Below, piece after piece: positions 50,372-62,800 of a stretch of 64,000 nucleotides of DNA. A model generated the notes under the pieces. The model made no database searches. It saw only the letters and a list, made by a program, of their open reading frames with translations, and was not told the origin of the DNA. The position numbers were made by a program, and so were the translations under genes. The DNA is from Nymphaea colorata (Eukaryota): the NCBI RefSeq assembly GCF_008831285.2, contig NC_045138.2, forward strand, positions 22,568,001 through 22,632,000, written 5' to 3'. Each line of letters starts with the position of its first letter. The first letter of the stretch is position 1.

Positions 50372-53329
50372 GCATCATCTTTGTTAGAAGAGTGGGATAG
50401 TTGCGTGCGTCCGGGTGAGTGTTGGAGGATTGGGTTTTGGCTGGCCAATTTTGCCACTGTTGCTGTTGTAGAAGATCGTTACAGATGATGATTCGTTACC
50501 ATTTCAGTTCCATTACAGATAAAAGTTTCTGGTCTTTGCTGGTTACTCTCTCTCTCTCTCTCTCTCCACTGTGTTCTGTGGACCGCCTCTATAGAACAAC
50601 GGCGTTGGACTTCATTGTGCGCTGTGTTGGAGTATTGTTTGGCCGGCACCGTTCTGGTTGTCGGCATGATACGATTGGATTATCTGTTAAATGGTTCTTT
50701 TCTTCCCCTTAAATTAACAATTATGTCGTCTGTAACAATGGCATGACAGGTAGCACTTCTGTGTATGCCAAGTGGGATTCGCGTTGGTTGATGTGGTAGA
50801 ATTATGGGGTCGGGAGTCCGGCCCGCACTGTTCCTGAAGAAGGTTTAGATTTTTGTAATCTTGTTGAGCATGCACTGTTCCTGAAGTAGAAATTAGCCTT
50901 TCAAGGCACGTTAAATTTAACCTTCATTTGCATTTTTTTTTTCATAAAACTAGCCTCGCCTGGATTTTTGCATGTCCGATATCTTAGATATTGATATTTG
51001 AACACAAATTTGTACAATCTACAAATGGAAGTGCACAAACCGAGGTGCTTAAATTGCGGGTGTAAGTGCATACATTAGTGTTATTCGTCTCAAATGATTA
51101 GAAAAATATATTGAAACTTCAGAAAGTATATTCTTGCATGTGCCAGTCTTTATTGCCGAAGTTATTATAGAATTTGATTTGGATTGTTTAAAAAAATAAA
51201 TATATCTGTTTAAGAAGTCGGATTCGGATTTTAAAAATGCCATCCAATCTAATTTGAATTTGATTAGATTCGGATATTTAGACAAATGCCATCGTTGAGA
51301 TGTGAATGTAAAAATCAGTTTGGATTTTGAAATTAGATTTCAAGTTTAGATTTAGATGTGACTTTTCTTTGAATCTGAATCTATGTGAAAGTCTAAAAGA
51401 AAAGTGGATACCGCATCATCCCTATCTACATATAAGGAGAGAGTGGGAGGTAGTAAATTCAAATAACAAGAATGAAAATATCACCAGATGAGCTTGTAGA
51501 AGCACGACTGCAAGAATTCAAAGCTGCTGGTGAAGTAATATGAGAGTTTCCCATGACACTAGAAGTTGTGTTTGCACACCCAAGTTTAATGTCGAGGATC
51601 TGGTATTCAATAATCCAAGGAAATGGCTTGAATTTTTCGCAAAAACATAAGAATAGGGTCTGTACACCCAGTGAAGAGGAAGACTACTTCTCTATTCCTT
51701 AACCAAATAGTCAGTCCCTCAAACGAAGACATACAAAGCTTTGAAAAAGCCAACGTAACGCAATATAAAATAAAAGAAATCTCGAGCAAACAATAAAGGG
51801 ACCACATTAAGATGCTTGATGAAGGGGAGGACAAATGATGATGCATGAAATGCATCATATTTTAGCTTAATTATGCATACGTTCAGCCACAATTTAAAGG
51901 TAATATCCCATGAATATGATGCCTTTGTAAGAACTTATGGCTCGAATTTGGTGCAAAACAAGGTTAAAAACGGGGAAAATATTGAGTTTTCAGTGTTTTG
52001 GAGTGGATTTGCTGTAGAAACAAGATCCAGATCCAAATATAGAAGCTCAGTTGGACCAGACCAGAGATCCGAACCCCAAATCTAAATGCAAATTCCTGAT
52101 CCAAGGAAGAGATTAAGTTAAAATATTTCAAAAACTATTTTATGCCCAATGGGTTTGACAGTGGCATATCTATGCCCAATGCCATAAAAGGGGGTTCTTC
52201 CTTGGCTTTGCTTGCTTCGCCGCGCCACTGAACCCCATAAATCTTGTAGCGAATGCCACCAAAAGTGGGTAGTATCTTGTTTTAGAGCATTTTAAAATAT
52301 ATAGAATCAATTTGAAAAATATTTGCTAAAACCTTCAACTTTTATTGAAATTTTGGATATGAGCAAATGAACAAAAAGGATATGACGCATCTTTAGCTTT
52401 TGAATCTTAGCTTAGAGTTTTGTTTAGTTTTAGGAATTCTTGATTCTCTTTGATTCTTTATAATTGGTTCAATGTAACTCTCTCATTCTTTTGGTGTGTT
52501 ATGTGTTTTTGTTTTTTCACTTTAAGCAAATTTTCTTTACATAATTCTAGTTAGGATGAATTACATTTTCATTATTATTATTTTTTTACACATCAAACAC
52601 CTAGTTGACGTGGATGAAGATTTTCATCATAAGATGGGTTTCTGAAAAGTCTTTCTCAACTAAAGTAGTTTTTTTTATAGCTATGTTTATCATAGAATAG
52701 CGTTAAGAAATTTTTCCTAGAGCAGAAAATTTCGACTCTTTTTTTTTTTAATTTAACCAACTTTGACTAAAGTTTAGGAACTGTAGGACTTGGATAAATT
52801 CTGGAGAATCCAACCTGGGATTAGATTAAGATAAAATGGGTTTTGTAAATGGTGGTTATTAACGTTCCTAATATGGGGTAATTAAAACAATAAATTTATT
52901 TTTTTTACTTAAATTAATTAGATAAGTTGAAATAGGGGATTGGGACCCCACTCAGTCGTCAAAGTTATTGATGGACAGTCCTCAACAGCACTCATTATTA
53001 ATTAGAATATTTAACTTTTGACGTTTAAGAAGCCTTTGAAAAGATAACTACCTGAGAAATCAAAATGTTGCAGAGTAAATTGTAGCAGATTAGTCTCAGA
53101 CATAGGGAACACTGAACATCGACAGAATGAGTGACAAGAAACGTTCGGGTCGTCAAAAAAATTTTGATTTCAGTTTTAGGTCTTTTAAGGGGCAGCGATA
53201 CGGAAATAACGAAAATAGCTAGTAGGTACCAATGTAAAAACAAACATTTTTTGTGTGTCTGTGTGGGCAACTGCCCACACATAGCCTACACCTGATACCA
53301 CCATATCTACCAACGGACACACAACAAAC

Positions 53330-54110
53330 TCAGGCAACCTGAATGAGAGTTTGATCAATTCCCAATGCTGATCTTTGGCTTGGAACAATTCCTGTCATGT
53401 TCCAACATTTCGTTTCCTGAAACTGTATAGGATTTTTACTTGACAGTGCCTGAAAATTCTCAAGGCAACCATGCCAAATCCGACAAGGCCATCTCTCCAC
53501 TGGTCTCCTGTCAGCCCCAAGCATCAAAGCATTCCTGCACCTCCAAATCCCCCACACCACACCATGGAAGCAGACCTCTCAGCGTCTCTTTAACCACCCT
53601 CGCTTAAACCACAACTAAACCATCTCTTAAGTTCTTCCTTTGAAACTTTACAGCAATAAGCTTCCAAATCTTACATGCCAGCAAGCAATTAAAGAACAGC
53701 ATATACATCAACGATTTGCCATCTTCCGGCCTCTCTTCTTCTGGCGATCTGGAGTTGGGAGTCTCCCTTCACATGCTAAGAACGCGAACCACACCTCCTT
53801 CAAGGATGGACATCTCCCCACCATACCCAAGATCTTCATTCATCTTCCCCTATATCCTTGGATTTGATTCATTGGCAGTCCTCCCATTCAACAATAGCAT
53901 ATCTTTATCACATCCCAACTCGGGCCTCACTCTACCAACTACATGGAGCATCTGGGAATTAGGACTGAGTCAAGGACCTGTTTCATGGTAAGGTTACAGT
54001 TTCCGTCCAGCTGAATGAATTTACCCACACTCATAAGGTTAGAGAGAACCCAGCTAGACCAATTTTCCAACCAGAAATTAACCTCCGGTGGGCACCTAGG
54101 CCGTGGCCCT
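53330..54110 (-). mobile_element. Degenerate L1-type LINE fragment (RT C-terminal/zf-RVT region)
   Basis: Broken frames with WLENW and VWGIWRCRNAL motifs typical of plant L1 ORF2 ends; duplicated copy at about 62200-63050. Confidence 0.5.
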
Positions 54111-54223
54111 ACCCCAGATAATTGAAAAAAAAAATTCAGTGCTAGTAGGTCTATATAGATATTTGACCAAGAGATGAGGTGTTTTTCTTTACATTGGCTT
54201 CCATCCTTCGTGCATGCTGCACC

Positions 54224-54390
54224 CAAGAGAGAGGCAAGCCTCTCTCTTGTGCCAATAACCTGTAGGGTTCAGGGAGCTTACATTGAGAACTATTATGGTT
54301 TAGAGGATGCACACACTAAGTCGCGACAGCCACCACAAGATCTGAACCTCTTGAGGTGAACAGTCTTGCTGCCCAATACGCTACAACCCA
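54224..54390 (-). mobile_element. tRNA-derived SINE copy
   Basis: Minus strand GGGTTGTAGCGTATTGGGCAGCAAG...GAGGTTCAGATC (A-box- and B-box-like); a second truncated copy follows at about 54415-54491. Confidence 0.6.
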
Positions 54391-55185
54391 TCAAGTACTA
54401 CTTTTTTTTCACTGCACCGAAGAGAGGCAACTACCTCTCCCTTGTGTCGAATTAACAGAGCTTACGTTGGGACCTGTCATTTGAACCTCACAAGCAACCG
54501 GCATAAGAGGAGGACATTTCTTTCTAGTCGGCAGCCTTTTGTCCATCCTCGGGAAGGAGAAAACTTCACCACTCTTCCTCATTGATACCTGCAAACAAAG
54601 GTCAACCTAAATACACGCGAGGTAGGCGGCCTAACTAGCCCTTGGTTCAACTGCAAAGACAATAGACTCTCTTGAATCTGAGCAATCGAACTACTTGTTG
54701 CCAACAGGTTTGTATGTTATCAATTAGAGGCCTCTAGGATTCCTGGACTACAGTTCAACGACATGATTAAAATGCTATGTTTTTAGGAAGACTTGTAGCC
54801 AAAATATGGCAAGCATAGATATCGCAGGTGAAAACAAAATTCCTTTCAATATTTTTTGTCAATCAGTTGAATGGAGAAAATTATGCGCTATGATCTTCTC
54901 AGTTATCTCTTCCTCATAATCAACCATGAACCTTTTTTTGTTTTTTTTAGAGTTGAAAGTACTATAGGTTAAGAAAAAGTATAAAAAAAATGCCATTCTA
55001 ATGGTAACCCAACTCAGATCCTTGTTGGTAATGCACATCGTAATCTGCAGAAGATTGAACTTGCTTAACATTTTTAAACGATGAAACTGCAAATATTGCG
55101 TCACAAAATAAACAAAAAATGAAGAAAGACAAATGAAACAAACACCACAAGTTTGGATTGAATGCCAAAAACTATTTGGTGATCA

Positions 55186-58100
55186 CTAAAACTCAACATC
55201 CTCGCCTTCAAGGAAGTTGTGGCCGGAAGGTCCGCCGGGAGGGAGGAGAGCAATGCGCACCAAATTGGCGGCGCCTTCCGCCGGAGAGAGATCGCCATTG
55301 CCAAGGTTCATGTCAGTCCTCACGTAGCCAGGGTGCACGCTGTTGACACAAGCTTTGTCATGCAATTGCAGGGCCAAGAGCCTCGTGTATGCATTCAACG
55401 AAAGCTTGGAGATGGAGTAAGTGGGAAACTCAATGGGCCACCTGTCCATGCCCTTCTCAGACTTCACATCTTCAAGAAACATGTCCAACACCTCATCGAT
55501 TTTTTCCTCTGTTAAGTTCGCCGTATCACACAGTTGCTTCCTTAACTCTTCATCCCTCAGAAGCTGCGACACCAACATTGTTGATCTATTCACAAACCTC
55601 ATTCCCATAAATCTTGTGATATTTTAGAATATGTAACTTTTATTTAAGAAAGCTTCAATGGAATTGTGGACATATCTATCCATATAAAAAAGGGAAAAGG
55701 AAAAAAAAAAACATCACAAATGTTGAGGAATATCTTAAAGTTTGGTTGTTTAAATAGGTATTTGAGCGAGCAAGTTGAAAGCACAGAGATGTATAATGAC
55801 CAAAATGCATTTGAACAAGTTTTTTAAAAAGAGATTTTAAAAAAATAAAAGGTGGTTACTAAAAAAATTTAAAGTTTAACATGTATATTTTTTACAAAAA
55901 AAAATTTAAAATACCCGAACGCCCTTTCCTTTTTCCTTGGGTATATGTTTGTTGTGTAATGCCCATGTGTATGCACCTCGATCTCATGTTGGAGTCCCAA
56001 CTCTTGGACTTGAAACAATCCCCTTCACTAAAGCCTTAAAAGCCTGGTTATATGTGTTATATTTTGGGTATACAAAATTTTCGTGTGGCAGTATGATTAA
56101 TGATGATAAAGTAGAAATAAAAAAAAGATAAACAAACTAAAAATAACATTATTTAAACTACAAAAATATCCCCTCTACTCTCAGAGGCAGGCATATATGG
56201 GTTGCGTGCACCTCACGGTAGATGCAACTCACTCCTTCCCTCGAACCCCTCTTTCCAGAGTTTTGAAAAAACAGGAAATTGAAAAAAGTTTGGAAATTAT
56301 ATATTAATGACCCAAAAAGTCCTAGTTGTGCCACTGGTGGACAGAAGTATTTAGTATGAAAAAGGTAACATGAAAAAACCATTAAACGAGTTCAAATATG
56401 ACAGCGTCCAACTAACTTAGATTTTACTTTGCAACCATTAGCAGAAATATCCAAGAAGAATTGGAGTCTTACAGACAGTAGTCCATATCTGGATGAGACG
56501 TTGACAATCCTTGGCTTGTGAGAAGAGGGGCGCAGGAGAGGGAGCAAAGCCTTGGTCAATCTCCCTGTTCCATGGAAGTTGGTCTCCAGACAGCTTCTAG
56601 CCAACTCGTATTTGTTCGAGACCCCATTTGCACTTGTAAGAAGTGCCTGTACATAATCTTTTTCACAATGTTAGAGATAGGAATAATTAATGGCTTAATT
56701 TTTAGTTCCTTAGGGCAGTGGACCTTCTTTTACAGCACAAAAAATTAATGCTAGAGATTTGAAACACAAACTAACTCTCTACTGCCCCTACTTTAACCAT
56801 GCACCAATCCCCTTGAAGATGGGGCCATGTGGGTAGGTGGGTAGGTAGGTGGTTATAAATAGTCTTCAGTTTCCTTTTTTTCACTAGTCAAATTTTAGTG
56901 GCCAAATGTGTATTGTCTTCTCATTTTTTAAAAATTATTTTAATTACTTTTTTTATATTTTACATTATTTTAATTGCTTTTTCATTTGTTTAAAACAAAA
57001 AAATATTATGAGAGTAGTAGTGGGTGCCAAATTATGCAGCACCAATGCCAATGATGCTGAGTGGTTAACATCCACTATGGGCTGTGTATGTGTGAAAGCT
57101 TGGGCTTCTGGCTGGCTTGGCCTGACACCCCAAAACTCGGGCCTAGGTTTAGCCCAACCATGCAAACCCAAGCCTGGTCAGGGCCCAATCCGATTAAATT
57201 AAAAATATTTTTTAATATAAAATAATATGCAAACGTAATTAATCATAATAAAAATAATAAAATAAATATTAAAAAAATATCAGGCTGGGTACCCACAGGA
57301 GGATCGGCCCAGTGCCCAAGCTTATATCTGTGTGTGCACGCGTGTTTCTTTATTTTGACGTAAAAATAACTTGAATTTCACACGAAGAAAGAAGACCCGA
57401 GGGCTAAAGCTATCTAAAATTTTGATGGCCTAAAAGAAATATTTTATGCAACGAAATTAACAACAATTTGCTGTCACACGTATAATACGAGCATTCAAAG
57501 CTGTATTAAATCTACCTCTTGACTCTCAATTCGTTTAGCTCATTCCTCAGTGCACAATCCACTTGCAATATATCGCACATTTTTTTTAAAATGAAACACA
57601 ATCTTGAAAAATAAAATTTTAAAATCGTCTATTTCGATATCTAGAAATGTATTTTAAGAAATGAAAAATCTCCTCCTAACATTTCTGATTATTGAAAGGT
57701 TTATTCAACGATAATATCTCAAAAAGCAGCCTAGAAGTTAATGGTATCTATTCATTTGGATCTCACACATGCAATTAGGTTTTTCCAAAACAATTTTCGA
57801 AAGTTGATATAAGAAAAGGAATTATCGCATAGAATGTTGCTCAAAGCATTTCATATTGTTTAAATGGCCTGAAAGCTATTGACGTTGAAGGTGTTTCTCA
57901 AAATTTGACGTCTATGGTTTCAATTGGCATCGAACAAAAAAATGTAATTACACACCTTCGAAGGATGCGCCATGCGATTATGATCACTAAATATACTTAA
58001 CTTTTTCCTTGATTTAGAGAGATTGCAGTAGCGAAACTAGAAAATTTTTTATTGCAGTAGCGAAACTAGAAAATTTTTTATTGCAGTAGCGGAACTAGAA

Positions 58101-59001
58101 AATTTTTTATTGATTGACACTAACCGTGACTTAGGTTTGGTATGGGCACCGCATGCGATTAGACCTACTTGAACCTAGGTCTAACTTAATCAACAATTCC
58201 AATGCTCACCGGAATCAAATATAAAATGAAATTGAAGAATATATGAAACCATGATATTCATGCACGACAGGTCCGTCCAATTGGCAAGAGAGAGAGAGAG
58301 AGATTACCAGGATAGTGCTTTGGTCGACATTGTTCCTTTTTTTGAAGTCCCAATCTATCACTGAATTGTCAATAGCAGCATTATTTACCTACAGTCAAAT
58401 CATACACATCCATCACCTGGTAACCAATTGAATCAAACTGTTACAAATTTTACTTAGTTGTTTACCAGTTAGAAGAAGTTTACCAGAATATCCGCGAATC
58501 CAACAGTCAGCTTCAACCAATCGACGAAATCCAACACACTTTGTTGTTGAGTAATATCCAGAGTGTGGAAGATGACATTCTTCCTCCCCGTTTCTGCTGC
58601 TTCTTGTAAGAACTGTTGAGCAGCGTTTGAGAGTTGCTCCTGCGGCTTCCGAGCAGTCATAATGACCGTCAGCCCCTTGTCTGCGAGCTGCCTGCAGACC
58701 TCCAGCCCGATCCCTCTGTTTGCTCCCGTCACCACCGCCACCGTCTCCTCACTCCACCACTCTGCTCCCTCTCCTGCCTGCAACCAAGAACCAAACACCA
58801 TACATCTGTGATTTCATCATAGCACAGAACAGAGGCTGGTTTGGCCTAATTACTCTCGCGTTCTGAATTGCTGAACGCTTTGATCAAGTTTCAGAAAAGC
58901 AAAGAAAAAATGGAAACCACACCAAAGATAGCCCTTGCTGCATCCATTAATTTCTCAACATCCTAAACAAATCAACTAAAATTCTTCATTGCTCTCACCA
59001 T
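55186..59001 (-). CDS. Short-chain dehydrogenase/reductase, (+)-neomenthol dehydrogenase/salutaridine reductase-like, ~309 aa
   Basis: Exons 59001-58999 (ATG only), 58777-58484, 58388-58308, 56646-56473, 55563-55186 join in frame with GT-AG; TGANRGIG, ILVNNAA, IVNVSS, YSISK and VHPGYVRTDM motifs. Confidence 0.92.
57095..57324. mobile_element. hAT-like MITE in SDR intron 3
   Basis: TIRs AAAGCTTGGGC / GCCCAAGCTTA; 8-bp TSD TATGTGTG vs TATCTGTG; GGCCC-type subterminal motifs. Confidence 0.65.
58022..58110. repeat. 29-bp tandem repeat, 3 copies
   Basis: ATTGCAGTAGCG(A/G)AACTAGAAAATTTTT(T) three times. Confidence 0.9.
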
Positions 59002-59868
59002 TCTTGTTCCCCCTTGTCTACCTTTATCAGAAAGCAGCGGCAACCTCAAAGATGAAGGATTATATATATATTAAGGTTCACAATTGATGAAAGTTAATTC
59101 AAAGAAACGTGCAGCTGTTTGCGTCGGCTTTTTGGCATAGGCTGCCATGAAAATCAACCAATAGGCTGGCTGCTGAACCGTGAGAGCCCTCAAAGCTGAC
59201 TTGGGCTCCGTATTCGATTTGACCGCTTGTAACGTGATCTGGTCTCCTTCACCTTTCTTAGGAAAGGACATGTTCTCAAAGTCCTATGTAATCTTTTCAA
59301 TGGTTTTCAACTAGAGTTCGGTAACAATTCAATGTTCAAAGAATCGTGCACATACAAGTGCCTCTTCAATTTGTCTTACTTCAATTTTTCAGTTTTTATT
59401 TTTTCTTTAATGTATATGTCAATTATAGCTATAGTGGAATCACAAGTAGTGTGTGATTTATTTTCGTCAGTTATCTATACAGTCATTTGGGTGGGTTAAA
59501 AGTTTGTGAAAAAGGTTTTCTGTGTGCTCAAAACTTTATTGTTGTTTCTTGTTCAGATTTTTTGTGTCTTGTATTAGGGTTCACTATTGATGAAAGTTAT
59601 TGCAATTAATGCAAAGAAGCGTGCAGCTGTTTTTGGTATTAATGGGTGAAGCATCCAACCTTTTGATTTCGTGAAGCTAAAGAGGCGCATGACAAGTGCC
59701 TCTTTACCTTGTCCTACTTTAATTTCTCAGTTTTTTTTAATGCTTATGTCAATTATAGGCATAGTAAAATGATTTATTTTTGTCAATTTTTTTTTTATGT
59801 GTCATGTATATATATAGCCTTTAGGGTGGGTTAAAAGTTTGTGAAAAAGGTTTTTGTGTGCTCAAAAT

Positions 59869-62800
59869 TTCGTCTCAAATGATTAGAAAAATATATTGAA
59901 ACTTCAGAAAATATATCCTTGCATGTGTCAATCTGGATTGCCTAAGTTAGTATAGAATTTGATTTGGATTGTTTAAAAAAATCAATATATCTGTTTAAGA
60001 AGTCGGATTTGGATTTAAAAAATGCCATCCAATAGAATTTGAATTTGATTAGATTCGGATATTTAGACAAATGTCATCGTTGAGATATGAACGTAAAAAT
60101 CAGTTTGGATTTTGAAATTTGATTTCAAGCATAGATTTAGATACGACTTTTCTTTGAACCAAAGAAAAGTGGATACCGCATCATCCCTATCTACATATAA
60201 GGAGAGGGTGGGAGGTAGTAAATTCAAATAACAAGAATGAAAATATCACCAGATGAGCTTGTAGAAGCACGACTGCAAGAATTCGAAGCTGCTGGTGAAG
60301 TAATATGAGAGTTTCCCGTGACACTAGAAGTTGTCTTTGCACACCCAAGTTTAATGTCGAGGATCTGGTATTCAATAATCCAAGGAAATGGCTTGAATTT
60401 TTCGCAAAAAACATAAGAATAGGGTCTGTACACCCAGTGAAGAGGAAGACTACTTCTCTATTCCTTAACCAAATAGTCAGTCCCTCAAACGAAGACATAC
60501 AAAGCTTTGAAAAAGCCAACGTAACGTAATATAAAATAAAAGAAATCTCGAGCAAACAATAAAGAGACCACATTAAGATGCTTGATGAAGGGGAGGACAA
60601 ATGATGATGCATGAAATGCATCATATTTTAGCTTAATTATGCATACCTTCATCCACAATTTAATAAAGGTAATATCCCATGAATATGATGCTTTTGTAAG
60701 AACTTATGGCTCGAATTTGGTGCAAAACAAGGTTAAAACGGGGAAAATATTGAGTTTTCAGTGTTTTGGAGTGGATTTGCTGTAGAAACAAGATCCAGAT
60801 CCAAATATAGAAGCTCAGTTGGACCAGACCAGAGATCCGAACCCCAAATCTAAATGCAAATTCCTGATCCAAGGAAGAGATTAAGTTAAAATATTTCAAA
60901 AACTATTTTATGCCCAATGGGTTTGACAGTGGCATATCTATGCCCAATGCCATAAAAGGGGGTTCTTCCTTGGCTTTGGTTGCTTCGCCGCGCCACTGAA
61001 CCCCATAAATCTTGTAGCGAATGCCACCAAAAGTGGGTAGTATCTTGTTTTAGAGCATTTTAAAATATATAGAATCAATTTGAAAAATATTTGCTAAAAC
61101 CTTCAACTTTTATTGAAATTTTGGATATGAGCAAATGAACAAAAAGGAGGGGACATCTCCCATTTTGACGCATCTTTAGCTTTTGAATCTTAGCTTAGAG
61201 TTTTGTTTACTTTTAGCAATTCTTGATTCTCTTTGATTCTTCATAATAGGTTCAGATATAGTTCTCTCTTTTTTTTTTGTGTGTGTTATGGTAAAATTTA
61301 TTTTCGTTTTTTCACTTTCAGCAAATTTTCTTTTGCATCATTCTAGTTAGGATGAATTTTATTATTTGTTTACACTTCAAACACCTAGTTGACGTGGATG
61401 AAGATTTTCCTAAGAGCCGACGCCACCATAAGGTGGGTTTCTCAACAGCCTTTCTTTAACTAAAGTAGTTTTTTTATAGCTATGTTTATCATAGAATAGC
61501 GTTACGAAATTTTTCCTAGAGTAGATAATTTAGACTAATTTATTTTTTTTATTTAACGAACTTTGACTAACCTCTAGGAACTGTAGGGGTTGGATAAATC
61601 CTGGAGAATCCAACCTGGGATTAGATTAAGATAAAATAAAGTTTTGTTAATGGTGGTTATTAACGTTACTAATATAGGGTAATTAAAACAATTTTTACTT
61701 AAATTATTTAGATAAGATCAACTATGGGATTGGGACCCACTCAATCGTCAAAATTATTGATTTACAGTCCTCCATTGCACTCATTATTAATTAGAACATT
61801 TAACTTTTGACGTTTAGGAAGCCTTTGAAAAGATAAATATAATTGTGGCACTACTTGAGGAATCAAAATGTTACAGAGTGAATTGCAGCAGGTTAGTCTC
61901 AGGCATAGAGCAATGACACAATGACTGACAAGAACCTCCGGCTTGGAGCCACCTAGGGTTGAACCGTGGAGCCAGAAATTTTGATTTAGGGACAGTAGTA
62001 TTTACGTTTTAGATATTTTTTAAGGGGCAGTAATATGAAAATAGGGAAAATAGCTATTAGATACCAATGTAAAAAAAACCATTTTCTGTGTATCTGTGTG
62101 GGCAACTGTCCACACATAGCCTACACCTGATACCACCATATCTACCAACCGGCACACAACAAACTTAGGCAACCTGAATGAGAGTTTGATCAATTCCCAC
62201 GCAACTAAATCATCTCTTAAGTTCAGCTACCATGTTAGTCCCTTCCTTGTCAGTACTTCCTTTGAAACTCTACAGCAATAAGCTTCTAAATCTTACATGC
62301 CAGCAAGCAATTAAAGAACAGCATATACATCAACGGTTTGCCATCTTCCGGCCTCTCTTCTTCTGGCGATCAAGAGTTGGGAGTCTCCCTTCACATGCTA
62401 AGAAGGTGAACCACACCTCCTTCAAGGATGAACATCTCCCCACCATACCCAAGATCTTCATTCATCTTCCCCTATATCCTTGGATTTGATTCATTGGCAG
62501 TCCTCCCATTCAACAATAGCATATCTTTATCACATCCCAACTCGGGCCTCACTCTACCTACTACAAGGAGCGTCTGAGAATTAGGACTGAGTCAAGGACC
62601 GGTTTCATGGTAAGGTTACAGTTTCCGTCCCGCTGAATGAATTTACCAACACTGATAAGGTTAGGGAGAACCCAGCCAGACCAACTAATTCAAAAAGAAA
62701 AAAATTAATTGAAAATCTTTAGTTGCTTAATGTATTTTTTAGATTCGGTCTTAGTTTGGCTCTACTCGAATAAGTAAGTTAGACCGTTTGACCCACCCTG

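Larger units (their letters stand above)
51084..55148. repeat. Segmental tandem duplication, copy 1 (SDR downstream flank)
   Basis: Colinear with 59869-64000 from TTCGTCTCAAATGATTAG to GAAACAAACACCAC, with long near-identical stretches and reciprocal indels. Confidence 0.95.
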
